Virus record (IMG/VR): IMGVR_UViG_3300021255_004328
Reading direction: 5' to 3' (one strand)
From: a virus
Taxonomy: Duplodnaviria; Heunggongvirae; Uroviricota; Caudoviricetes
DNA length: 64,000 nt
Part shown: positions 56,131-64,000 of the stretch, piece by piece
Layout: each line of letters begins with the position of its first letter
Position numbering within the stretch: position 1 is the stretch's first letter
Program-made: the position numbers and the translations under genes
The notes under the pieces: generated by a model
Told to the model about the DNA's origin: nothing
The model's database searches: none
Seen by the model: only the letters and a program-made list of their open reading frames with translations

Positions 56131-56355
56131 TTAAGGCTCATCTGGGTGTATGATATAATAATCAGTTTCAGTAAATAATTCTCCGCACTCTTTAGGAAGT
56201 TCTTTGTCATTTATTGTATAACCAAAACAACAAGTAGGAATTCTTTGTCCTTTTTGATTAGGCGGAGCAACTCTGTACTTACAACGGCGGCATCCTTTAG
56301 GCTTATTGTCTTTTGTTGTCGCTGTGGTCTTTTTAGTTGTCTTTTTTGTCGGCAT
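56131..56355 (-). CDS. small Zn-ribbon protein
   Basis: The segments CRRCKY and PTCCFGY. Confidence 0.4.
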   Translation of the reverse strand: MPTKKTTKKTTATTKDNKPKGCRRCKYRVAPPNQKGQRIPTCCFGYTINDKELPKECGELFTETDYYIIHPDEP

Positions 56356-56644
56356 AAATTGATATTAACATTTTGTCTTCAACAGATGCACAGACACTTT
56401 CCCAAGCATCTTCTGCCTCTTTTACAGTTTCGTATGCAGGTGTTGTCAAATTACAACGCTTGCATCTGATGAAGTATTTTGTTTTATGATACAATTCATC
56501 TTCAATTGCGTTTGCGCCTGCAGTTGCATTGTTTCTTTCAATTGAACAGTTTGGGCAATAAAAGCCACAGTTATTCGCTTTCACTAACTGCTGCAGTGTT
56601 TTTAGGTGCTTTTTCAATCTTTTCAAAAAATTCATTAAGATCAT
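56333..56644 (-). CDS. Lar-like restriction-alleviation Zn-ribbon protein, tentative
   Basis: CGFYCPNCS and CKRCN form a CxxC pair. The C-terminal EAEDAWE resembles the Lar-family EAxxAWN tail. Confidence 0.35.
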   Translation of the reverse strand: MILMNFLKRLKKHLKTLQQLVKANNCGFYCPNCSIERNNATAGANAIEDELYHKTKYFIRCKRCNLTTPAYETVKEAEDAWESVCASVEDKMLISIYADKKDN

Positions 56645-57170
56645 CTCCTATCTTTTCAAGTACTGTGTCGGAAAGAGGCACTTGTTCTTTGTTCTTAATT
56701 GCATCGCGGCTTGCCTGCAAAACTTTTATAAGGTAATAACTTCTCTTAGGACGGAAAAGGTCAATTACTGTTTGATTATAAGTATGATTTTTCAAATACT
56801 TTTCAACTTCTTTTAAGTTTTCATTATAATGCTTACATTTTTCAAAAAGAGCGTCAATCTCAAGATCTTCTGCTTTAATTATTGCAGTAAGAAAGAATTG
56901 TGATCTTATATCGAGATTTTTATATTCGTCTTTGAAAAAGCCAACCAAAGACTTAAATTCTTTTTGCATTCTTTCGCAGGCCATTGTTGTGTTTACAACA
57001 AAATACTTTTCGTAAGGAACAGTTTCACGCAGTTCTTTATCAGAAAGTTTTGAAAGGTCAATCTTTCTCTTAACTATTTTAAATCTTGGAATAGGCCCGC
57101 CTAAGCATATCCAATAAAAAACCATTGTAAAAAATGCAAATGCCAAAGCTGTGCTTAAAGGATCCATCAT
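56571..57170 (-). CDS. membrane-anchored hypothetical protein
   Basis: N-terminal TM helix. Confidence 0.45.
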   Translation of the reverse strand: MMDPLSTALAFAFFTMVFYWICLGGPIPRFKIVKRKIDLSKLSDKELRETVPYEKYFVVNTTMACERMQKEFKSLVGFFKDEYKNLDIRSQFFLTAIIKAEDLEIDALFEKCKHYNENLKEVEKYLKNHTYNQTVIDLFRPKRSYYLIKVLQASRDAIKNKEQVPLSDTVLEKIGDDLNEFFEKIEKAPKNTAAVSESE

Positions 57171-57179
57171 ATAAATCTC

Positions 57180-57479
57180 CTAATATAAAGGTTCTTCTTT
57201 TTGGTCAATTTCAATTTGTTTTGCCAAGTCATCAAAGAATTTTATATCTTTGTACTTGTCATATATTTCCATACACTGTTCGATTGTTACTCTTGTAAAC
57301 ATAGGGAGCCAAGGAGAGCCATCGCCTTTTTCGCCTTTACCAAAACGAATGTTCCAACCACCTATGCCATCAGGTGATATTTCAACAACCCACTGCATTT
57401 CACTTTTAACAAGAGAATTGCCGCTCACCCACCAATCATTCTCAATTTTCATTAAGCTTATCCTCAAACTTTTGGGCAA
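57180..57479 (-). CDS. hypothetical protein
   Basis: ORF. Confidence 0.45.
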   Translation of the reverse strand: MPKSLRISLMKIENDWWVSGNSLVKSEMQWVVEISPDGIGGWNIRFGKGEKGDGSPWLPMFTRVTIEQCMEIYDKYKDIKFFDDLAKQIEIDQKEEPLY

Positions 57480-57795
57480 AAATTTTGATAGGCGTTACTA
57501 CTGCAAGAACAACAGTTATAACTGCGGACAATACACATACTAAAGGAGCCATTCCGATATAAGGAAACCCAGCCCAAAAAGTGTACTTATATTTTTCTTC
57601 ATCCCAAAAGAATTCTTTCATTACTTTTTTGATTGAACTGAATTCTCCATAAGGCTCAATAAAAAGCCCACAATCAATCCAAGTGAAAAATATAAATAAG
57701 AAATATGACACAGGCCATAAAAGTAAACAAAAAACAAAAAACTTAATCATCTTTATGTTCCTTATTATATTTTCTATCTGCAAAGTAAACAGCAA
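57442..57795 (-). CDS. membrane protein
   Basis: ORF with 2-3 TM helices. Confidence 0.45.
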   Translation of the reverse strand: MLFTLQIENIIRNIKMIKFFVFCLLLWPVSYFLFIFFTWIDCGLFIEPYGEFSSIKKVMKEFFWDEEKYKYTFWAGFPYIGMAPLVCVLSAVITVVLAVVTPIKIFAQKFEDKLNEN

Positions 57796-58936
57796 TTCTT
57801 CTTATAAAGAAATACCATTTAACTCTCAAACTTTCTAAAAGTTGACGCCATTTTGGAAGTGGGTTGTAGCCTGAGCGGCAAATAATTGTGTACAAGTCAT
57901 CACATACAGGACATCTTACCGCATTCTTTGGATTTGTTCGATGCCAGCCTAAAGTAACAACTTTTTCAAATACAGGCTCAGCTTCATTTTTGTTTACTGC
58001 TTCCAAACAGGCATTGTTCATTTCATCTGCATTTGTTACAACATCGCCAAGTTTGATATGTCGCCAAGCTCCGCCTTTGATATTCCCATTATTATACAAG
58101 TCGATTGAGTGGAGTCTTATTTCCCACAATTCATCAAAAGTTTCTTTAAGGTCATACTTCTTTGCAATCTCTTCATATTCTTTTTCTGAGTAAAACTGCA
58201 ATCTTTCGTATTCTTCACCTGCAACAGGCTCATAAAGCTTTCCTGCGCCGCCGAAAGAAGCATATTTGAAAATACCATCTTTCTTATCACACTTAAAGCC
58301 TACAGGTCTTACATAACCAATATCAGGATTTCCTACCCAAGAAGTAAACTTAAATGTATTACCGCCAACTCTTACGCCATCAACAGCACAAGCTTTACAG
58401 TAACAGTCATACATATTCATCTGAGAGTCCCAATAAAACTTTGATACAAGATGATGTCTTTTTATATATTTGAATTGCTTTCTTGCTTCTTTAGGTGATG
58501 GAAATGTTTCCCATTTAACAATGATATGTTCGTGAGGCCCATCTGCTTCAACAGTAACTTCTTCACGGTTTACTGAATTGCCTTTATCAGTTGAATAATG
58601 ACATTTATTATGAGCATAAGGAGTAAAGTATACAGGGTCCCAATCTTTTGTTTTTGGGATACTGATTTCAATTGATTGTCTTTGATTTTTCTCAAGATAA
58701 GATACTAAACTTGCAATAACGATACCACAGTTTTCATCTTCTCTTACAGTGTTATACCAAAACCAAACATTGATGTGAACTGTATTTTTACCTACTCTTA
58801 ATATTTGAGAAACAGTTTTGATTTCTCTTTTGCCAATTACACATCTGCTTTCAAGAAAACGACACTTATCAATATAAGAGCTGTTAACCAAGTCTATTGA
58901 TAAGTGTTCACTGTTTAATGTTGTTAGAGTTTTCAT
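57743..58936 (-). CDS. hypothetical protein, 397 aa
   Basis: ORF. Confidence 0.55.
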   Translation of the reverse strand: MKTLTTLNSEHLSIDLVNSSYIDKCRFLESRCVIGKREIKTVSQILRVGKNTVHINVWFWYNTVREDENCGIVIASLVSYLEKNQRQSIEISIPKTKDWDPVYFTPYAHNKCHYSTDKGNSVNREEVTVEADGPHEHIIVKWETFPSPKEARKQFKYIKRHHLVSKFYWDSQMNMYDCYCKACAVDGVRVGGNTFKFTSWVGNPDIGYVRPVGFKCDKKDGIFKYASFGGAGKLYEPVAGEEYERLQFYSEKEYEEIAKKYDLKETFDELWEIRLHSIDLYNNGNIKGGAWRHIKLGDVVTNADEMNNACLEAVNKNEAEPVFEKVVTLGWHRTNPKNAVRCPVCDDLYTIICRSGYNPLPKWRQLLESLRVKWYFFIRRIAVYFADRKYNKEHKDD

Positions 58937-58947
58937 ACTGATTTATA

Positions 58948-59175
58948 TTAACCTTCTTCCCAGGCGCGGTCCTCTGCAGCAGAGTCTGTTCCATAATCAT
59001 AACCAAGCTGAAGAACTTCGTCGTAAATTGTGTAGGCAATATCAACTCTTTTTGTTGGGTCTTTGATTGCTTCCTCAATAAGATTGATTATCCAATCACG
59101 GAACTTAACCTCGCAATCAACTTGCAGGCAACCATATCTTATGTCGTGTGCTGGTGCTTTAGGTAAATCTGCCAT
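58948..59175 (-). CDS. hypothetical protein
   Basis: ORF. Confidence 0.4.
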   Translation of the reverse strand: MADLPKAPAHDIRYGCLQVDCEVKFRDWIINLIEEAIKDPTKRVDIAYTIYDEVLQLGYDYGTDSAAEDRAWEEG

Positions 59176-59176
59176 C

Positions 59177-59506
59177 TTAGTCCACCTTTATGAAGTTTTT
59201 GCAATCCTGATATGAACCTTGATACAGGATGTGAGTTTCACCCATATAAGTTTCATATTCATTTTTGTTCAAAAGGCGAATGCCCATATCAGTTTTGACA
59301 AGGAAATACACTTCGCCTACCTGAAGGTCGTAAAGATCCCAGTCATCGTCAACAAACTTTGCTGCTTTTTCTTCAGTAAGGTCACGCCAAAAACCGCCGT
59401 CACCGTGATCTTCAAAATACTGTAAATTTTTCTTATTTGCCTTCAAAAGGTCAAGACGAGCCTGAAGTTTGTCAAGAATCTTATCAATGTTAGGTGTATT
59501 AGCCAT
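59177..59506 (-). CDS. hypothetical protein
   Basis: ORF downstream of promoter A copy 9. Confidence 0.5.
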   Translation of the reverse strand: MANTPNIDKILDKLQARLDLLKANKKNLQYFEDHGDGGFWRDLTEEKAAKFVDDDWDLYDLQVGEVYFLVKTDMGIRLLNKNEYETYMGETHILYQGSYQDCKNFIKVD

Positions 59507-59532
59507 AATGTTCTCCTTATATTCAATTTACA

Positions 59533-59572
59533 AATATAATATAAAGAAAACAGCTGAAAAGTTTAATTTTTT
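59533..59572 (-). promoter_or_regulatory. Family-A promoter
   Basis: The minus-strand sequence is AAAATTAAACTTTTCAGCTGTTTTCTTTATATTATATTTG. Confidence 0.6.
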
Positions 59573-59934
59573 ATTATTTGAAATTCGACTTTAAGTCCTA
59601 TAACATCAGCATTACGCCAAAGCGGGTCAACCATTCTTTTCTTTCGATCTTCAAGAGTCTTTCTTGCAAGTGTTTCAGTTCTGTAAAGTTTTACAGTAGT
59701 AAAGCTGCCAAAACGAGGCTTTTCCGCGCCGCCCCAGAAAAACATTTTCTTTCTATTATCTGAAGAAACAATTGCAAAAGTCTGCTCCTTCATACAATCA
59801 GTCATTTCATTTACTTTGTCTGCATAATTAGCACCTGCAGTGAAGTCCTCAACTGTTTGCTTTCTTAACCAATCAGGCTCAGTTTTGCCCTTTTCTTTTG
59901 CATATCTGTTTGCTGCTTCAGTGTAATCTCTCAT
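59563..59934 (-). CDS. hypothetical protein
   Basis: ORF. Confidence 0.45.
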   Translation of the reverse strand: MRDYTEAANRYAKEKGKTEPDWLRKQTVEDFTAGANYADKVNEMTDCMKEQTFAIVSSDNRKKMFFWGGAEKPRFGSFTTVKLYRTETLARKTLEDRKKRMVDPLWRNADVIGLKVEFQIIKN

Positions 59935-60404
59935 TATTTGTTCCCATACTTTTTCTTTAATCTTTCATATTCTTCGCGTTCTTTCTTTTCAAGTTCAATA
60001 AGGCGCCGCTTTTCCAATTCCTCTTTTTCTTTTTCGTCAAGTTCATTATATTTTGTTTGAAGAAGCCCAATTAAATTTTTCAATTCATCAGGTGCGAAAA
60101 AACGTTCTAATTCAATTTCGCGTCTCTTGTTTTTGAAATAAGAAAGCATTGGGAGAATACTTTCTGAGTTTTTTACGGGTATTCTTATTTCATCTTCACC
60201 TACAGGTCCGTCACCTTCAACAACAAAAGTAAAAAACTTTGGATGCTCTTTCATTGCATCAATCAATTTATCAACAAGAAGATTTGCTGACTCATCGGAG
60301 TCGATAATATATTTTCTGCCGGACCAACCAACATTACCGTATTTCTTTACAAAGTCAGCAAGAAAGTTTTTAAGAAAAATGTTTTGGTCAATTTTATCTA
60401 ACAT
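59934..60404 (-). CDS. hypothetical protein with a charged coiled-coil C-terminus
   Basis: ORF. Confidence 0.45.
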   Translation of the reverse strand: MLDKIDQNIFLKNFLADFVKKYGNVGWSGRKYIIDSDESANLLVDKLIDAMKEHPKFFTFVVEGDGPVGEDEIRIPVKNSESILPMLSYFKNKRREIELERFFAPDELKNLIGLLQTKYNELDEKEKEELEKRRLIELEKKEREEYERLKKKYGNK

Positions 60405-60592
60405 TATAACCCCATAGGAAGCATATCTCTTATTGTTGTCCTTGTAGTGTAGCCGTTCTTTCTTGCTTCCTCAGCAATCTTTTCAATATTCTTTTCATAA
60501 TGTAAACCCAATGTTGTAAAAAGTTCAGCAACAAGTGTTCCTTTTTTATCATAAATGCGAAGTCTTATATGATGCCAATTTAACGCGCCCAT
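60404..60592 (-). CDS. hypothetical protein, 62 aa
   Basis: ORF. Confidence 0.35.
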   Translation of the reverse strand: MGALNWHHIRLRIYDKKGTLVAELFTTLGLHYEKNIEKIAEEARKNGYTTRTTIRDMLPMGL

Positions 60593-60937
60593 TTATGCCT
60601 CCACTTTTTTCACAGGCTTATCAAGATACTTCCACTCATCAACAGGCCAACTTTGGTCAGACTCTCCATCAACTGCATTTTTGATAAACCAACCGCTTGA
60701 GCCTTTGTAATAACCTATAAAGGATTTTTCACAGATAGGCTTATCACCGAAAGTTGATGTTAAAGTGCCGTGACAAAAAACCAATTCATTTTCACGAGGA
60801 AGATCATTCTCTTCTACATAATGCCATTCGTGATTGCTCCCATCTTTAAGGCCTTCATTGTAACCTTCGTTATAAACAGCCTTTAAGACAAACTCAACTT
60901 TTTTGGCATCTCTTCTTAACACATCTGCTAACTTCAT
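60593..60937 (-). CDS. hypothetical protein
   Basis: ORF. Confidence 0.45.
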   Translation of the reverse strand: MKLADVLRRDAKKVEFVLKAVYNEGYNEGLKDGSNHEWHYVEENDLPRENELVFCHGTLTSTFGDKPICEKSFIGYYKGSSGWFIKNAVDGESDQSWPVDEWKYLDKPVKKVEA

Positions 60938-60946
60938 AATTTTATA

Positions 60947-62002
60947 TTAACCGTCAAAGCCTGTTTCAACCTTTACAAGATCTTTAGGTGTTTCTTTTTT
61001 AAGTTTTTCAAGCCTTTCTTTGTACATTTCAATCTTTCTTTCGCAATCTTCAATGTCTGCTTTATTTTGAAATGAAAGCGGCTTGAAAGATTCCCAGAGT
61101 GCGCAATTTGCTTTATAGCTTTTAGGGTACTTTTTGTAAAAAATATCCTCTGCTTCTTTCTGAGTTTTTGCAAGAATTCTTTCTGTTTTTGTCGATCTTG
61201 TTACATCGCTTCTTTTGTTGTAACGTCCTTGGATCTCTTCGTGCACATATTGAAAATAATATGCATTTAAGAAAAAGTCCTCTTTTGTCAATTCTTCAGC
61301 AGCAGCTTTTATAACCGACTTTTCTTCATCTCTTAATTCAGCGTAAGGATGGTATGTATGGTCAAGGTGATCTGAATTGTAGTGGGCATCAGGAGTAAAG
61401 CTGGAAACAAAGTCATTGATGTAATAATCTTCATTAGCATTAACTCTAAACTCAGTAAAAAGATATTGATTATCTTTTATAATGTCTGTTATAAATTTGA
61501 AAGCTTCTTTCAAAGTGGTAAACTTACTACTCTTTTCTACTCCTTTATCAGAAGTAAGATATTCAAAAACAGTAAAGTATTTTTCAACTGAAGATCTCCA
61601 CAAACTTATCCTGTCACTCCAACGATCTTCACAACAGTCTTTATTTTTATAGATACTAATATCTAACCTATCTGCTCTCTTATCAAACTCTTTTGCGTAT
61701 TTGTATAAAGACAAAAGCTTATCAGGAATAAAAGCATTTGAGTCTTTTGTCTTAAGCCAATTTTCTTCAGCTTCAATAAATTCATCTGAAAGGTCATACA
61801 ACTTTTTCAAGTCATAACACCCATACCCCAAATGCTTAAAGTAAGGGTCATTGCTTCTTTTTGGGTCAAACAAGTAATCATTTGATGAACTAGGCTCCTG
61901 ATACAATACATCACGAGCTGCATTTATTGAATAAGGCAAAACCTTTAGGTATCTTCCTTCAGGAACTTTTGTTTTTGAAAATGTCACATAATCTTTTCCC
62001 AT
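60947..62002 (-). CDS. hypothetical protein, 351 aa
   Basis: ORF. Confidence 0.5.
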   Translation of the reverse strand: MGKDYVTFSKTKVPEGRYLKVLPYSINAARDVLYQEPSSSNDYLFDPKRSNDPYFKHLGYGCYDLKKLYDLSDEFIEAEENWLKTKDSNAFIPDKLLSLYKYAKEFDKRADRLDISIYKNKDCCEDRWSDRISLWRSSVEKYFTVFEYLTSDKGVEKSSKFTTLKEAFKFITDIIKDNQYLFTEFRVNANEDYYINDFVSSFTPDAHYNSDHLDHTYHPYAELRDEEKSVIKAAAEELTKEDFFLNAYYFQYVHEEIQGRYNKRSDVTRSTKTERILAKTQKEAEDIFYKKYPKSYKANCALWESFKPLSFQNKADIEDCERKIEMYKERLEKLKKETPKDLVKVETGFDG

Positions 62003-62011
62003 TGGAGTCTC

Positions 62012-62419
62012 CTAATCAAAAAGATTTTTTACTTCATCAAATCTTGCATTGATTTTCTTCTGCTGTTCACTCTCTTTCTTTCGTTCTTCTACTTCTTCAT
62101 AGTAATCATCGAGATCGCTGCAGTTCTTGAATTTATCATAAAGAGAAAAACCATATCTTGTACCTATGAGACGAGAAATGTTTTCATACTCTTCAGGAGT
62201 AAGTTCAATCGCATTGTTAAGTTCGTCTAATACTTCAGAGGCTTCAACATCCATTTCCTCGTTTGTGCCAACGCTAACTTCTGCTTCAAAATCATCCGCA
62301 GCTAAATCTGCCATTTCCTTTGTTGCTTCTTCTAATTCTTTTTCATCAAGAATTATGAAGCCATCCAAATCCATTTCATCAGCCCAGTTTGTTGATGTCT
62401 TAACTAAAAACTGTCTCAT
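62012..62419 (-). CDS. strongly acidic protein; second DNA-mimic candidate
   Basis: More than 30% Asp/Glu. Confidence 0.45.
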   Translation of the reverse strand: MRQFLVKTSTNWADEMDLDGFIILDEKELEEATKEMADLAADDFEAEVSVGTNEEMDVEASEVLDELNNAIELTPEEYENISRLIGTRYGFSLYDKFKNCSDLDDYYEEVEERKKESEQQKKINARFDEVKNLFD

Positions 62420-62429
62420 TTACAACTCC

Positions 62430-63416
62430 TTAGCAATATATTTCGCCTTTCTTAGGTCTGAAAGTTAAATGGCCTTCTGACATAGGCAATGCTTTTAAGT
62501 GCGGAGTGCCTTCAGTCCTTGGGAACCACATTCTGCCATAACTTTCATTCTTTTCTTTAATCCAACCTTTGAAAACTTCATAAGCTTCTTTCTTCGACTT
62601 TGCCTGAACTTTTTTCTCTTTAATCTCTTCACTGCGTGTACTAGTATGACGCCAAGGATTGTAACCTTCCCGAGTTTGCTTATAACTAAACTCATAAGTA
62701 TTCAGCATTTCAACTGGGTCAAGCTTCATAAAAGTTTTGCAAAAACTCTTATAAGACTTTTCAGATGGCGCGTATCTGCTGTGTGAGAACCGGAATTCTG
62801 AGTGGCCGCACATAACCTCCCAGCTGTTTACACGGTTCATCGAGTTTCGCAATGCAAGTTGGATAATTTCAAAACAGTTGCTTCTTGTTTCTTCACTTGC
62901 ATAATGAAGAAGATTGCTTGGGTCGTGGTATTCTCCTGGGCCGTGTTTTGCCCAAGGTGCAAATCCTATCTTACCATCTTTTTCCCGAAGTTCAATCTTT
63001 GCCCAAGCACTGTCAGTGTCCCAACAGTCTTCGTGTCCACGTATCATAAGAGCTGGGTATTCGCCTTCTGATAAATTGTTATCTGGACTTCTTAAAGCAA
63101 CTTTTAATGCAGCAAGGAACATAGCTGCATTCTCTTCACACGGATCTTTTTCAAGAGTATCAATTGCTTCACGAACATTTCTTGGGAGTGGAGCATACCA
63201 ATCGAAAACAGCTTTACCAATAACTTCGGCAGGAGTGTCCCAATGATTGTCACAATTACTTACGCGGAACTTTCCCTCAACATCTCTTTTAATGTCTTCA
63301 ACATAAGTATGTTTCAATGTATCTTTGATTGCTTCATACTGCTCAAGTGTGTAAAACTTGTACACTGACTTTTTGAATTCTTTTCCATCAATAATTGTAC
63401 TTTCGTCTTTGTTCAA
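62430..63416 (-). CDS. hypothetical protein, 328 aa
   Basis: ORF. Confidence 0.5.
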   Translation of the reverse strand: MNKDESTIIDGKEFKKSVYKFYTLEQYEAIKDTLKHTYVEDIKRDVEGKFRVSNCDNHWDTPAEVIGKAVFDWYAPLPRNVREAIDTLEKDPCEENAAMFLAALKVALRSPDNNLSEGEYPALMIRGHEDCWDTDSAWAKIELREKDGKIGFAPWAKHGPGEYHDPSNLLHYASEETRSNCFEIIQLALRNSMNRVNSWEVMCGHSEFRFSHSRYAPSEKSYKSFCKTFMKLDPVEMLNTYEFSYKQTREGYNPWRHTSTRSEEIKEKKVQAKSKKEAYEVFKGWIKEKNESYGRMWFPRTEGTPHLKALPMSEGHLTFRPKKGEIYC

Positions 63417-63846
63417 TTTGGTCTGCCTCCGCTATCTCTTTATATTCTTTTGCAATATATTCATTCCAAGGCACATCAATAAGTATGATCTTTGCGCCTA
63501 AAAACCTATCAGGAATTCTTGTCTTACCAAAATTATCCAATGCTTTTTCAACCTGCTTCTCAGCAGATTCTTTTCTTTTTCTTTTTACAATCCAATAATT
63601 GTTGCAATATGCATAGCTCTCCCATTCGCCTTTAACATTCCTTCTATGTTTGATTTGAACATCTTCACAATAGGCGCGGAAGTATTTTGTTTTGCCATAA
63701 CATTTTACTTGAAGTGCAAGATAACCATTATTACATTTAACAACATAATAAGGCTCAACATATTTGTATCTTTTTCTTTTAGGCTTTTCAGCTTCTTGAT
63801 TGTATAAAGCTTGTCTTTCTGTGCGCGGTCTGAAAATCATAATCAA
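63388..63846 (-). CDS. basic hypothetical protein, possibly nucleic-acid binding
   Basis: Lys/Arg-rich ORF. Confidence 0.4.
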   Translation of the reverse strand: MIMIFRPRTERQALYNQEAEKPKRKRYKYVEPYYVVKCNNGYLALQVKCYGKTKYFRAYCEDVQIKHRRNVKGEWESYAYCNNYWIVKRKRKESAEKQVEKALDNFGKTRIPDRFLGAKIILIDVPWNEYIAKEYKEIAEADQIEQRRKYNY

Positions 63847-64000
63847 CTCCTAGGTGAATGACATTCCATTCCGCCAATTGCTGAGCCTTTATGTCGAACA
63901 ACTTTAGTTTCGTATTCTTTCAAAACGCCGTTCCCTTCAACAGATAAGAGAAAAGTATAAAACATATTTTGTGCAGCTGATAAAGTTTTGCAGTATCGAA

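Noticed and set aside
8274-59572. Family-A repeat copies as a CRISPR array or MITE-like mobile repeat
   Set aside because: Copies are 0.6-15 kb apart and always intergenic in a fixed orientation relative to the genes. They have -35/17 bp/-10 geometry and no terminal inverted repeats or spacer structure.
1-64000. Prophage boundary, integrase, transposase or att sites
   Set aside because: No recombinase-like ORF or flanking direct repeats are seen. The whole window is uniformly phage-like, so the integration status cannot be judged.

Overview
The window reads as a contiguous stretch of a large virulent-type tailed phage genome, or a very large prophage late/metabolic region. It has about 90 tightly packed ORFs, all but one on the minus strand, with many ATGA/TAATG overlaps. 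GC content is low and Shine-Dalgarno sites of the GGAGG type are common, which points to a Firmicute-type host. I found no integrase, transposase, tRNA or CRISPR. Recognisable products fall into four groups. (1) Virion and assembly proteins: a 957-aa and a 1968-aa structural protein, an HK97-type prohead protease fused to a coiled-coil scaffold, two BspA-type LRR proteins, and a Gly/Pro-rich membrane-anchored virion protein. (2) DNA-related proteins: a Rad3/DinG helicase, a C5-cytosine methyltransferase overlapped by an HNH-NUMOD endonuclease, a beta-class N6-adenine methyltransferase split by two inserted ORFs, a Lar-like Zn-ribbon protein, and a CCA-adding enzyme with an HD domain. (3) A large nucleotide and NAD metabolic set: PncA, PncB, NadD and NadE (the complete Preiss-Handler route), plus a NadM-like NMNAT, a Nudix hydrolase, a macro-domain protein, a metallophosphoesterase, a short PurA/PurZ-like adenylosuccinate synthetase and a ThyX-like protein with a degenerate active-site motif. 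(4) Unusual accessory proteins: a membrane GGDEF diguanylate cyclase in an operon with an AAA+ ATPase, a flotillin/SPFH homologue, a vWA (MIDAS) protein, a tandem array of seven small paralogues, and acidic DNA-mimic-like proteins. Two recurrent intergenic motifs are visible: a sigma70-like promoter family with 9 copies (consensus AAAATTAAACTTT-N11-CTTTATATTAT) and a GTTAATAT element just upstream of many start codons. Six strong rho-independent terminators were also found. Every functional call rests on motif-level reading of the translations. No database search was possible.
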